Shown here: positions 7,415-17,400 of the stretch, piece after piece
How positions within the stretch are numbered: position 1 is the stretch's first letter
How the letters are laid out: each line of letters opens with the position of its first letter
Source of the DNA: a virus
Lineage: Duplodnaviria > Caudoviricetes
Strand: one strand, 5' to 3'
Length of the DNA stretch: 50,535 nucleotides
IMG/VR virus record: IMGVR_UViG_3300030098_005177
Coordinates: 1-50,535 of that record
The notes under the pieces: model-generated
The model's database searches: none
Told to the model about the DNA's origin: nothing
Seen by the model: the letters and a program-made list of their open reading frames with translations, nothing else
Made by a program: the position numbers and the translations under genes

Positions 7415-9205
7415 ATGAAGTATATCGAGATAGCGCAAGGATCCCCAAGATATAGGGGAACTCTTATAGAGCTAAGTGACCTCGGTAAATTTATAGATAA
7501 AGAGGGGACGCCATTATATCGTTCCCTCTACATCTATAATGAAGAAGCTGCAGATTATGTAAATAAGCACAATAGTCTACGCAATTTTTATGGTGAAAGA
7601 AGTATAGATAAAATATTAATTGACATAGACAAAGGTAATAACTCGGATGAATATACATTAGATCGAGCACGCAGTATTATAAATGATCTAGATGATTTGG
7701 ATGTACCTAAATCAGGCTATCAATCATATTTTAGCGGTACTGGTTACCATATAATATTGCATAATGATTTATTTAATTTCAGTCCAAGTATTGACTTGCC
7801 ATATTTAGTTAAAGCCACTATAAAGGATTTATTTCCAATAGCGGATTTAGCAGTATTAAGTAGAACAGCTATATATAGAGTGGCGCATACTAAAAACCTT
7901 AAAACAGGTTTATATAAAGTGCCTTTAACTCGTAAAGAACTAATGCATTTATCTGTAGATGATATAAAGCATTTAGCTTCAACTCCAAGATTATCTGCTG
8001 GATATGGAGGTACATTAATAGCTGATGGTGAACTAGAAGAATATACAACAAGTAAGCATCAGGCTTTAGATAAAACGCGAACTTTATCAAAAGTAAGAGA
8101 ACCTAATAAAGTAATTCCTTGTATACAGGATATGCTTGCTAAAGGTCCACAAGAAGGCGCAAGAAATACTACAGCGATGCGTATTGTAAGTTCTTTTAAG
8201 CGTGCTGGTATACCTAGTCAATATGCAAAAGTTGCAATACTGCACTGGAATGATAATCAAGTAGAGCCCAACAGATTGTTGGAATTAACAGAACGTGTTT
8301 ATAATAATCCTTATCAATATAGCTGTAATGATGAACTAATGAGTAAGCACTGTAAAACTAGGTGTATACACTTCAAGAATAAAGATTATAGTATTGAGGT
8401 TACATCTTTAGAAGATTTACAATCTAAATTAGTAGAACGTATGAAAACTGATTTTAGTGGTAAGTCTATAGATATATGTGCTATGCTTGGATTAAATGGA
8501 GTAGATTCAACCATATATCCCGGTGAATTAGTTACAGTAATAGGTAGAACAGGTTCAAACAAGAGTACATTTGTTCAAAATTTAGCATTAGGTGTTGATT
8601 TTGCAAATAACTCAATTAGACCAGAATGGCATATCCCAACTTTATTTCTTTCACTAGAATTAGCAGATTGGTATATGCATAGACGTGGTTTACAAATAGT
8701 CTCAGGAATGGGTAAAGATGATGTAAATAACAACCTTGAAGAACTCTTTTTAAAGCATAAAGATGACTTAGGCCATATACAATTTCAAACAACATCACCA
8801 ACAATCCCACAGATACAGGCTAAAATAAAAGAGCATCAACCCGCATTAGTTATAGTTGATTATATTGACTTAATAGATGCAGGTTCTGCAGGGCGGAGTG
8901 AGCACGAGAAAATTAAATACATTTCTCATACTTTGTCAAATATGGCTGTTAATAACGATTTAATCATTATCCAAGTGGCTCAAGTAGGAAGAGAGCATAG
9001 TAAGGCAAGTGATGATTTATCTTTATATTCAGCAAAAGGTAGTGGTGCTATAGAGAATGCATCACGCAAAGTAATTTCAGTCGATGGCAGTGCTGATAAT
9101 CCAGTAAAAACTATTCGTATGCTTAAAAATACTGATGGTGATTCAAATTGGGAAGCAAAAGTTGAGTGGAACGAATCTTTTAGATTAAGGAGAATATATG
9201 ACTAA
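7415..9205 (+). CDS. AEP primase-polymerase fused to DnaB-like SF4 helicase
   Basis: AEP motifs LIDID, FSGTGYH, IYRVAHTKNLKTGLYK; PriCT-like EGARN; Walker A GRTGSNKS; Walker B VIVDY; KGSGAIEN. Confidence 0.9.
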   Translation: MKYIEIAQGSPRYRGTLIELSDLGKFIDKEGTPLYRSLYIYNEEAADYVNKHNSLRNFYGERSIDKILIDIDKGNNSDEYTLDRARSIINDLDDLDVPKSGYQSYFSGTGYHIILHNDLFNFSPSIDLPYLVKATIKDLFPIADLAVLSRTAIYRVAHTKNLKTGLYKVPLTRKELMHLSVDDIKHLASTPRLSAGYGGTLIADGELEEYTTSKHQALDKTRTLSKVREPNKVIPCIQDMLAKGPQEGARNTTAMRIVSSFKRAGIPSQYAKVAILHWNDNQVEPNRLLELTERVYNNPYQYSCNDELMSKHCKTRCIHFKNKDYSIEVTSLEDLQSKLVERMKTDFSGKSIDICAMLGLNGVDSTIYPGELVTVIGRTGSNKSTFVQNLALGVDFANNSIRPEWHIPTLFLSLELADWYMHRRGLQIVSGMGKDDVNNNLEELFLKHKDDLGHIQFQTTSPTIPQIQAKIKEHQPALVIVDYIDLIDAGSAGRSEHEKIKYISHTLSNMAVNNDLIIIQVAQVGREHSKASDDLSLYSAKGSGAIENASRKVISVDGSADNPVKTIRMLKNTDGDSNWEAKVEWNESFRLRRIYD

Positions 9206-9410
9206 AGGCTTTATAGTGAACGTAGTAACATCACCTAATGGAATAATGTTAAACTTTTTAAGATTATTTTCTATCGGAGTCGTAGGAGGGTCTGATGAGT
9301 ATGGTAAAGTAACTACTTTAGTTATAGGAATATGGAGATTCTTTACATCTATTACTTTAGAGTATAAAGAAATCAGGGAAGTAGATGGGCGTAATGCAGG
9401 TATCTCCTAA
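9198..9410 (+). CDS. Hypothetical protein
   Basis: 70 aa, AAGGAG SD, overlaps both neighbours. Confidence 0.6.
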   Translation: MTKGFIVNVVTSPNGIMLNFLRLFSIGVVGGSDEYGKVTTLVIGIWRFFTSITLEYKEIREVDGRNAGIS

Positions 9411-9879
9411 AAAGAAAAAAAGGCAAAATAAAGTAATTACTGATTGGAAAGATAAGTTTGAAAAAAAGCTGAAAAAAATGCACGGGAATCATTGGCAAAA
9501 TGTTTTCCATAGATTAATGAAAAAGTCATCGACATTAAAAACAACACTAAAGAGAAGGAGTAAAGAGTATGAAGTGGAGTTTGATATCAGTCTTAAGCAG
9601 ATACGTGATGAGATACACTCATCATACGGAAGAAAATGTAAATATTGTCATTATAGGCTTGATATACGTAATATGGTATGTGATCATATTGTCCCTCTTT
9701 CTTTGGGCGGTAATTCTACTCCTGAAAACCTTCAATTAATATGTGATAGATGTAATAGAAGGAAAGGACCATTAACGGATAAGCAATATGGTAAGTTGCT
9801 AAAATGGCTATCTAGTCAATCTCCAATAATGGCTGATTATATCTTAAGAAAAATGTCAAAAGCTGACGTAATGGGATAA
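9385..9879 (+). CDS. HNH endonuclease
   Basis: CKYC...DHIVPLSLGGNSTPENLQLICDRCNRRKG zinc-binding HNH motif; basic N-terminal extension. Confidence 0.92.
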   Translation: MGVMQVSPKKKKRQNKVITDWKDKFEKKLKKMHGNHWQNVFHRLMKKSSTLKTTLKRRSKEYEVEFDISLKQIRDEIHSSYGRKCKYCHYRLDIRNMVCDHIVPLSLGGNSTPENLQLICDRCNRRKGPLTDKQYGKLLKWLSSQSPIMADYILRKMSKADVMG

Positions 9880-10016
9880 TTGTCCAAGAGAGCCACAGGC
9901 GCAAGTGATTTTCGAATCGCTGCCACATAACTAAACATAGTAGGAATGTTTGCTTAAGAAGATTATAAGGCTGCAAGTTGCTTATAAAAAACTGCAAAGT
10001 CCTGTGGCTAGGACAA
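9880..10016 (+). ncRNA. Candidate multi-stem structured ncRNA directly 3' of the HNH gene
   Basis: Closing stems TTGTCC/GGACAA and AGCCACAGG/CCTGTGGCT enclosing AGTGATT-TTCG-AATCGCT, AAACAT/ATGTTT and TTATAAG/CTTATAA hairpins. Confidence 0.6.
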
Positions 10017-10047
10017 CTAATCAAATAGTATTTGAAAGGAATACATA

Positions 10048-10299
10048 TTGAAAGAAGAAATAAACAGATATCTTTTATCTAATGAAATAAAGCCAAAAAA
10101 ACCTGCAGATCCAGGAATAAAATATTGTTTAAAATGTAAATCTGTTTGGGAATTTTACCATTTTGCTGGAGATTATTTCTTTAAAAAATTTTCAGATATG
10201 CCTACATATGGACTTGACAGAGAAACTTGCAGAGAATGCGAAGGAAAGGAGATACCAAGTGGCAGAAACAATCAAAAGCTTAAAAAAAGTAATAGATAA
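10048..10299 (+). CDS. Small zinc-binding protein
   Basis: CLKC...CREC; TTG start with AAGGA SD. Confidence 0.65.
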   Translation: MKEEINRYLLSNEIKPKKPADPGIKYCLKCKSVWEFYHFAGDYFFKKFSDMPTYGLDRETCRECEGKEIPSGRNNQKLKKSNR

Positions 10300-10402
10300 A
10301 ATGGAAGAAAGGTATGGAGAAAACGAACCTTTAAAAGATGTTAAAATATCATCAGAGAATTTTATCATAACCAATAATGAGGTTGTACCTGACCCTTATT
10401 AA
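10208..10402 (+). CDS. Hypothetical protein overlapping the previous gene
   Basis: ORF track 10163..10402; ATG ~10208 (MDLTEKLAEN) likely; fills the gap to the next hairpin. Confidence 0.45.
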   Translation: MDLTEKLAENAKERRYQVAETIKSLKKVIDKMEERYGENEPLKDVKISSENFIITNNEVVPDPY

Positions 10403-10415
10403 AGCGTATATTACC

Positions 10416-10444
10416 GGTGCTATTATTTTAATAATAGTAGCACC
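10416..10444 (+). terminator. Intergenic hairpin (terminator or processing site)
   Basis: GGTGCTATTATT / AATAGTAGCACC stem. Confidence 0.5.
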
Positions 10445-10467
10445 AGTTCTCAAACATAAAGGAATAT

Positions 10468-10908
10468 ATGAAAAAAGCTGAGAAAGAATTAGTAGATAAA
10501 ATTAGTAAATATACAAAAATAGATTTTAAAGTTAGTGAATATATATATGAAAGATACGATGCAAGCTCAGATACACATTTACTAGAGGTTAAAGATAGGG
10601 GTGATATAGCCTATAATGATCTTATTATAGAGTTTGATAAGTTTGCATACAATAGAACTTATGGATTATTGACAAATAGAAAATTTTGGTATGCAAATAA
10701 AATAAATGGATTAGTATATGTATGGGATATAAATGATTTAATATCACGCAAGTATGAATTTAACTGGGCGTGGTCTAAATTACCTAGCAATACTGAATTT
10801 GCAAATGGAGACCTTATAGATAAGTACGCAGGTCTAGTCCATAAAGATGATGCAAAGCACGTCTTTACTTTTGATTCTTTGAGAAATATAATCTATAAAA
10901 AGCCTTAA
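10468..10908 (+). CDS. Putative PD-(D/E)XK-fold nuclease
   Basis: YD...LLEVKDR catalytic-like pattern. Confidence 0.55.
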   Translation: MKKAEKELVDKISKYTKIDFKVSEYIYERYDASSDTHLLEVKDRGDIAYNDLIIEFDKFAYNRTYGLLTNRKFWYANKINGLVYVWDINDLISRKYEFNWAWSKLPSNTEFANGDLIDKYAGLVHKDDAKHVFTFDSLRNIIYKKP

Positions 10909-10910
10909 AT

Positions 10911-11303
10911 ATGATGCCTAGAGAAAAAATGATTGGCCAAGCTGGCGAACATTTAGTATGTGCAGAGTTATCTGCGAGTCAAATAAATTGTTCAAGAGCT
11001 GATGAGTCTTGCCCGTATGATATTATTTTAGATTACGGGCAATTAGCTAAAATACAAGTAAAAACTTCCAACTATTCAGAATCACCGCATTCAATAAAAT
11101 TTACAGTATCTCGAAGAAATAGCGTTAATAGATGTTATGATAAAAAAGATATTGATTTATTCGCACTAGTATGGCTAGACGAAAAAAAGATTGCCTGGCT
11201 AACGTATGATGAATGTTGTGGTTGGAAAAAAAGTATTAAAAAAAAGGAGTTTGACAAATACCCGCTAGAGAGAGCGTTGTCAATATTGAAAAGTAATGAT
11301 TAA
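10911..11303 (+). CDS. PD-(D/E)XK endonuclease (group I intron-associated family-like, free-standing)
   Basis: GQAGEHLV...PYDII...KIQVKT...Y...IDLFALV pattern. Confidence 0.8.
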   Translation: MMPREKMIGQAGEHLVCAELSASQINCSRADESCPYDIILDYGQLAKIQVKTSNYSESPHSIKFTVSRRNSVNRCYDKKDIDLFALVWLDEKKIAWLTYDECCGWKKSIKKKEFDKYPLERALSILKSND

Positions 11304-11502
11304 AGGAATAAATATGGACCCTATGCTATACAGATTAGCCAGCAAACAAGGCTTAATAAGATTTTATAAAGAACAATTATTTAGATTTAAAAAAATAGGT
11401 ATGGGGAACTATACTAATTTTGGTGTTCAGATAACGCCAGTATTAATTAATGCAACTGAGAGACGGTTGCACGAACTAAAAACTAACCTACACACAAAAT
11501 AA
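11296..11502 (+). CDS. Hypothetical protein
   Basis: 68 aa ORF within the operon. Confidence 0.6.
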   Translation: MIKGINMDPMLYRLASKQGLIRFYKEQLFRFKKIGMGNYTNFGVQITPVLINATERRLHELKTNLHTK

Positions 11503-11509
11503 AAAGGAG

Positions 11510-12340
11510 TTGATTGTGAAAAATATGTATGAATTTAATAATGCAACTAAGAGAATGAGAGAGTTCTTTCAAGATGAAAAAGGATTTATTGAGGTGCCAG
11601 CCCAATCAAGGCAATCAATATTAGCTGCTTGTGAAGACCCTGCTACAATATCTCAATATATCTTTAGTGGTATAAACTGGCCATTGCCTCAAACAGGACA
11701 AATGTGGCTAGAAAGAGACTTATTAGATAACCCTGACGCTAAAGGTGTTTTCTGTGTAAGCACAAGTTATAGAAATGAACCTAATCCAGTAGAAGGTAGA
11801 CACGATAAGATATTTCCAATGTTTGAGTTTGAATCTCACGGTAATATGGATGATATGATTAAATTAGAACGTGAATTATTAGAACATCTCGGATTTGGAT
11901 CAGACCATAAGGAGATTACTTATGATGATGCTTCTCGTAAATATGATGTTAAGCTATTAGATTATGCAGAAGAAGAGGCTTTGTGTGAAGAATATACTAA
12001 GTGTGTATTCTTAAAAGATTTCCCATTAAGAACTCATCCATTTTGGAATATGAAGCATAAAGGTAATGGTATATATAGTAAGGTTGATGTTATTATGCAC
12101 GGGATGGAGACTATTGGTAGTGCTGAACGTGCAACAGATGTGCAAGAAATGAGAGATCAATTTCATAATATATCTGATGGAGAATATGCTAACTTATTAT
12201 TCAATCACTTTGGACGTAAGCGTGTTGAAGATGAATTAGAAGAGTATCTTGCACTTGATATGTTTGAACGATTTGGTGGTGGAATAGGTGTAACTAGAAT
12301 GGTTTCAGCTATGAAGGCTCACGCAATAAATCAACTATAA
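11510..12340 (+). CDS. Class IIb aminoacyl-tRNA synthetase catalytic-core paralog (AsnRS/AspRS-like, no anticodon domain; asparagine synthetase-like)
   Basis: Motif 1 GFIEVP, motif 2 YRNE...RH..IFPMFEFE, ETIGSAER, motif 3 GGGIGVTR; only 276 aa. Confidence 0.85.
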   Translation: MIVKNMYEFNNATKRMREFFQDEKGFIEVPAQSRQSILAACEDPATISQYIFSGINWPLPQTGQMWLERDLLDNPDAKGVFCVSTSYRNEPNPVEGRHDKIFPMFEFESHGNMDDMIKLERELLEHLGFGSDHKEITYDDASRKYDVKLLDYAEEEALCEEYTKCVFLKDFPLRTHPFWNMKHKGNGIYSKVDVIMHGMETIGSAERATDVQEMRDQFHNISDGEYANLLFNHFGRKRVEDELEEYLALDMFERFGGGIGVTRMVSAMKAHAINQL

Positions 12341-12351
12341 AAAGGAGCGTT

Positions 12352-13143
12352 ATGGAGAATCATCCAGTAGTCGAATGGCTTAATAAGCAACGGCTTAAAA
12401 GTATTGAAGGAGATTCAAGATGGTATAATAATGGTCCAGAATACGTTCCATCTGTTACTACGGTGTTGAATATAGTAGATAAAGGTGTACATTTTCATAA
12501 ATGGTTAGCTAATCACTTAAATTATGAGCACGCGTGTGCAGTAAGAGATACTGCCGCCCAAAGAGGAACTGATGTTCATAATATATGTGAAATGCTTATG
12601 AAAGGTGAAGAGGTAGACCTAATAGGTTATGAGGATGACGTTTTAAAAAGAGTGATGTGCTTTGAACAATGGTGGAAAGAAACTAATCCTAATATAATAG
12701 CTATTGAAGAAATGTTAGCTTTCCCAGGGATATTATACGCAGGAAGATTTGACTTTCTCGCAAATATTAATGGTAAAAATACTTTAATAGATATTAAAAC
12801 TGGTGGACACTATAAGACTCACGATTTACAAGCGACTATGTACAAGATATTATGGGATACAATATGTGAACATCTAGATCTTGGGACAGAGTATATGATA
12901 GATGAATTGTATGGATTATATTTAAAGGACGGCTGGATTAAAGGGCCTAATCCTATGTATAAAAAGTTACAATTTAGACCTAAAGAGGTAGAGGCAACAG
13001 TTAAATTATGGCGTTATAATAATGAAAACGCATATGGGAAAGTGCTTCCACCTAAAAATAAACCAGATTATAAAACATTATTTAAATTGGAGGTAAATAA
13101 AGATTATGAGCCAAAAGAGAAAAACTTGGACGACTTCCTTTAA
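12352..13143 (+). CDS. Cas4-like / PD-(D/E)XK exonuclease
   Basis: PSVTTVL, RGTDVH, AGRFD, IDIKTG, LQATMY motifs. Confidence 0.85.
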   Translation: MENHPVVEWLNKQRLKSIEGDSRWYNNGPEYVPSVTTVLNIVDKGVHFHKWLANHLNYEHACAVRDTAAQRGTDVHNICEMLMKGEEVDLIGYEDDVLKRVMCFEQWWKETNPNIIAIEEMLAFPGILYAGRFDFLANINGKNTLIDIKTGGHYKTHDLQATMYKILWDTICEHLDLGTEYMIDELYGLYLKDGWIKGPNPMYKKLQFRPKEVEATVKLWRYNNENAYGKVLPPKNKPDYKTLFKLEVNKDYEPKEKNLDDFL

Positions 13144-13366
13144 TCCTGAGACTGGAGAAGTACAGCCTCAACAGACAAATTATCCTGAAAGCTATGGTAT
13201 ACTCTATGCTAAAATAGCAGGATTAGAATTTGCATTAGATGAAGCGACTGACGAAAAGATTAAATACCAATCGGCATATCACTTAATGTGTGATGAGACT
13301 TGGGATTTGATACCTGATGAAGATAAGCCTAAAATTAGTGAAAAATTAAAGGAGTTAGGATTATGA
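13106..13366 (+). CDS. Hypothetical protein
   Basis: 86 aa, GGAGG SD. Confidence 0.65.
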   Translation: MSQKRKTWTTSFNPETGEVQPQQTNYPESYGILYAKIAGLEFALDEATDEKIKYQSAYHLMCDETWDLIPDEDKPKISEKLKELGL

Positions 13367-13707
13367 CTAGAAAAAATTATATAGCTATAGCCAATATAAT
13401 TAAAAACCAGTTAAGCAATACTCATCATATTATGCCTTTAGTAAATACGCTATCTAGCTATTTTGCTGATGATAACGAGCGTTTTGATAAAGTTAAATTT
13501 AGAAACGCGTGCTTAAATGGTGAAAAGAAGAATAAGATAGCTGATAAAATCTTAGTCAGAGAAAGGTCTGTGACAGAATATTACGAAGATAGAAACCCTG
13601 TTGCTGAAGCTAAAGTTAATAGACTTATAACAGAGGCTGACCTTGCATTTACTAGAATGGTAAAAAAGAATGAGCGAGTCTCAAAGAAGATCCGTAAAAA
13701 AAATTAG
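13363..13707 (+). CDS. Hypothetical phage protein
   Basis: MTRKNYIAIA...DNERFDKVKFRNAC pattern seen in small phage proteins; ATGA overlap. Confidence 0.7.
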   Translation: MTRKNYIAIANIIKNQLSNTHHIMPLVNTLSSYFADDNERFDKVKFRNACLNGEKKNKIADKILVRERSVTEYYEDRNPVAEAKVNRLITEADLAFTRMVKKNERVSKKIRKKN

Positions 13708-13900
13708 AGCATCTATAAGTTCTAATTGTTTAATGTGTAGTGATAGGCTAAAAGGGGTGGGCTATGAATATAAGGCAGAACAATTTGTCTCTGATTATTG
13801 CCCGCCCAAGCTTATTTTATGTAAGAAATGTGTATATCGAGAATGTTTTGGTAGCAAAAATTATAAAAAACAAATGAAACGAGGGGTATTAGATGTCTAA
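13670..13900 (+). CDS. Small zinc-finger protein
   Basis: CLMC...CKKC. Confidence 0.65.
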   Translation: MSESQRRSVKKIRASISSNCLMCSDRLKGVGYEYKAEQFVSDYCPPKLILCKKCVYRECFGSKNYKKQMKRGVLDV

Positions 13901-14222
13901 ACAAAAACCAAATAAAATAAAACCAGCTGAGGCTATGAAAGTTTTGGCAAATGAAATGCAACAAATGCGTGTTATTATTAATGGATTAATGCAGGAAAAT
14001 TTAAACTTTAAGAATAATCTACAAGATATGGCTACTGTATTTGATGCATACATAACCTTTAAGGGCGATGATAAAGAATTTATAAAGCATTTAGATAAGC
14101 TTATAGCAAAACAAAAGGAGGAGAGTAATGACGACAAAAGAGATGAACCGACTGATGGAAAAGATACAGAAGGAGATAAAGTTGACAAGGGAGTCGGGGC
14201 AGAAGGAGTACGCACACAATAA
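13893..14222 (+). CDS. Coiled-coil hypothetical protein
   Basis: 109 aa, GAGG SD, overlaps the next gene by 95 nt. Confidence 0.6.
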   Translation: MSKQKPNKIKPAEAMKVLANEMQQMRVIINGLMQENLNFKNNLQDMATVFDAYITFKGDDKEFIKHLDKLIAKQKEESNDDKRDEPTDGKDTEGDKVDKGVGAEGVRTQ

Positions 14223-14442
14223 AGACAACGTATTCTCTAATTTTGAGAGAGTTGCAAATAGCTTAAGTATTACTCGAGAGCAATCATTAGCTGTATATTT
14301 GTTAAAACATATCGATGGAGTGATGTCATATATTAAAGGATATAAATCACAACGCGAAGATGTTAGGGGGAGAATAACAGATATAATAGTCTATTTAATG
14401 TTGCTTTGGGGGATGATAGAGGAGGATGAGAAGGGCAAATAG
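14128..14442 (+). CDS. Nucleotide-modification-associated domain 1 (DUF1599-like) all-alpha protein
   Basis: K-EY...NVFSNF...LKHID...RITDIIVYLMLL pattern; AGGAGG SD. Confidence 0.6.
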   Translation: MTTKEMNRLMEKIQKEIKLTRESGQKEYAHNKDNVFSNFERVANSLSITREQSLAVYLLKHIDGVMSYIKGYKSQREDVRGRITDIIVYLMLLWGMIEEDEKGK

Positions 14443-14450
14443 CCTTTCTC
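14428..14450. terminator. Hairpin at the convergence of the two genome arms
   Basis: GAGAAGGGC-AAATA-GCCTTTCTC between convergent stop codons. Confidence 0.6.
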
Positions 14451-14475
14451 AAACTTCACTCACAGATGGCTGCGA

Positions 14476-17400
14476 TTAAACTAATCCTGTCCCAGGCGTA
14501 GTAATTTCCCGATCTTCTTCTTTTAATTTTGTTATCTTCTTTTGAGCCTGTAATAACGGGAATCCTGTAGTCTTCTCTAAAACTCTTATTGGGTTCTCTA
14601 TCAAATTACCCGGACCTGCTATATCTCTAGCCATACGTCCAAAAGGAAACATAGTCCAAACATAGTATTGAGACACTTTAGACCAATCGTCATCAACCAA
14701 AGCACGCATTGAGGAGGGCAGTAACCTAAAAACGGGAGGAGTCACCATTTGCAGCGGGGCTAACTGCTTAGGCCACTGCCCAAAAAATGCTCTATCCCTT
14801 TCAGTTTCATCACCGAAGATCCAGTCCGCGGTATCTTGAAACCAATTCCAAGGAGCAGGTAGAGCAGTCTCAAACAATGAATACGCAAATGCATTGGCTA
14901 ATGCAAATACAAAAATATCAATTTGCGCCGTTCTTACAAACTTATCATACGCTTCAGTTCCAGGTTTCAGCCCATACATCTTGGCTTCACGCCATATATC
15001 ATTTCTAAACCTAACAGCATTCCAGCTCCACAATTGAAAACGCGTCATAACCTTTCCTAATGCAGACCTTGCAAATGCAGGTCTAAAAGGCGCAGAATAT
15101 AAGAATTGAGTAGCCTTAACGCCCTTTTTAGCCATCTCTATTATATAAGGATGATTCGGGTCCTTTAAAGCGCCTCCAAGCTTATTCCAGGCATTAATAT
15201 AATGAGCCATAAAAGCATCACGCCTAATAGCACGCTCTGGTACAGTCATAAACTTAGCAGCAAATTGCATAATATTATCTTTGACTTTATATTTTTGAGC
15301 TATGTCCTTAAGCGTTGTTTCTGTCATTTTAGGGTTCTTTGTTAATTTATCTGCTACCTCTTGAATAAACTGCTTATTTTTAGCTTGTTTAAATTCTGCT
15401 TTCAACCCAGATTCATATAGCATATATTCTGGAACTACACCTGTTCTTTCTACGAAATCAGATACATCACTCATACTATTCCAGTCATTATTAATATTCT
15501 TTTTCAACCACTGGATACTACGAGCGTTTTTAAAAGAAGCCCATCCAGCTGATTGGATTGTATGTGCAGATCCACCAAAAATATTAGTAACCATACTTTT
15601 AGGATGAGCTAATAAAGAAGCCATTTGATATTGAGCTTCAAGATTCGCTATATTGCGTACTGTTTCTAAATCTGTTTTACGCAACTCAGAAGGCAAAGTC
15701 ATATCCATTAATCCGAGCTTTTCTTTTATTTTATCAATGCGTTCTGCAGACTTATTGTCAGCCCACCAAGCATATGCTGTGCCTTGGAGTTTTAAATTTT
15801 TATTATTTAAATAATGATCAGGAATATTAGTCGGATTACCCATAGCATCTTGAACATATAGCCTCATAAATTGATTCCAAGCATCAGCTTGATCTTTCCC
15901 TTGAGATTCATTAATGACTTTATACATTCTATCTAATATATTTCTAGAGAAAATTTGAGATAATTGCCTATAATATGCATTAGTAGTTGACCTAATATAA
16001 GTTTCAGGAACATTACTATCAACAGACCACCCTTCTATATGGCTACCACGAGTTTGCATACTTCCAGTTCCTTCGTTTGAAGTAAACCATTTTATCTTAT
16101 CTTTAGCATCAGCACGCTTGGCATCTATAGCCTCTATTGCTTCAGAATAAGCATTCCAATCATTAATGTCTTCTATTTTCCATTCACCTGTAACATTATG
16201 ATGTTTATGTATTAATTTTTTCAGCTCATTAGCCTTTAACTCTTTAGCCTTCTCTATATCTGTATGGAAATCTTTTAATGGAGTACTTTCAATTTTAGCA
16301 TACGCCTTTTTAAAGGATTCAGAAGCTTTCTTTTTATTAAAAAACATATGCGGCCAATAAAAATTATAATCTATCTTATTAGTTCTATTCTCAGATTTTT
16401 TTATAGCATTTCTAAGTTCTTTATACTCAGGTCGATTAGCTAAGTCTAGCATCATAGATCTAGCAACAGACTTTAATCCATCAATACCAAAATCTAAAGA
16501 CGGATTCTTTCCTTGTTTCCAGGCTGTAGTTAAGTGTCTAATAAATTTAGGAACATCTATAATAGGATTTCGTTTATTGGCAGGATCCAAAAACCCTTTA
16601 ATAAATCCACCCTCTTTTAATGCTAGATTAACTCCATCTGCATCAACTTTACCTGTCATTAGCCTATGCTGTTCTTTGAATATATTAGTATACTCTTTTG
16701 ATATTATATCTACAACTTCTGAACCAGTGTATGTCTTTACTTCTTTCCCAGGCAACTTAATATTATAATTTTTACTTAATAAGGCGCTATGCTCTTTAAT
16801 TATATCTTTATAAGCTTTAATATATTGCGCTTTTTCAAAAGGATTTAATTTGCTCGCCCAATTAGCATAACCGTGTTCTCTTTTCCTAACAGCTATTTGC
16901 CTTAATATTTCTCCATCAGGAATACTGTCCACAAATAGTAATCTTTCTTTAAGGTCTCTTATATAATATTCTGTTTGCTCTGTACTTGCATCGTTCATAC
17001 GAGCTATCCATTGTTGCGTTATATCTATATAATGAGTAGGAACTTTAATTACACCTTTTAATCTTCTTGCGTCTTTAGTAAAATAAAAGCCTTCTTGCTC
17101 CATTAGTTCAATATTATCACGCATCAACTCCCTATTAATAGTTTTAGGGAATAAGTACCAATGACGTTTTTGTAGTTTTTGTAAGCCTTTTTTATCAAAT
17201 ATTTGTTGCCAGATAGTTCCACGTTTTATATCTTTAAACCATTCGTTTAAAGCTCTAAATTCTTCTAAGTTAAGAGCATTAAGATCCTTGTTAAAAAATC
17301 CTCTTATTATTTCATTAATATTTTTACCAACTTTATTATTATAGGTCCTTATATTAGCTACCAATTCTGACATAACACTTCTCATATCTTTAGGTAAATC

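Noticed and set aside
9880-10016. tmRNA or tRNA-like gene
   Set aside because: No acceptor stem with CCA, no T-loop GTTCRA and no convincing tag reading frame.
10911-11303. Group I intron around the PD-(D/E)XK endonuclease
   Set aside because: The gene abuts or overlaps its neighbours, leaving no room for an intron core, and no interrupted host gene is evident.
12352-13143. CRISPR-associated Cas4 locus
   Set aside because: No repeat-spacer array or other cas genes seen; a typical stand-alone phage exonuclease.
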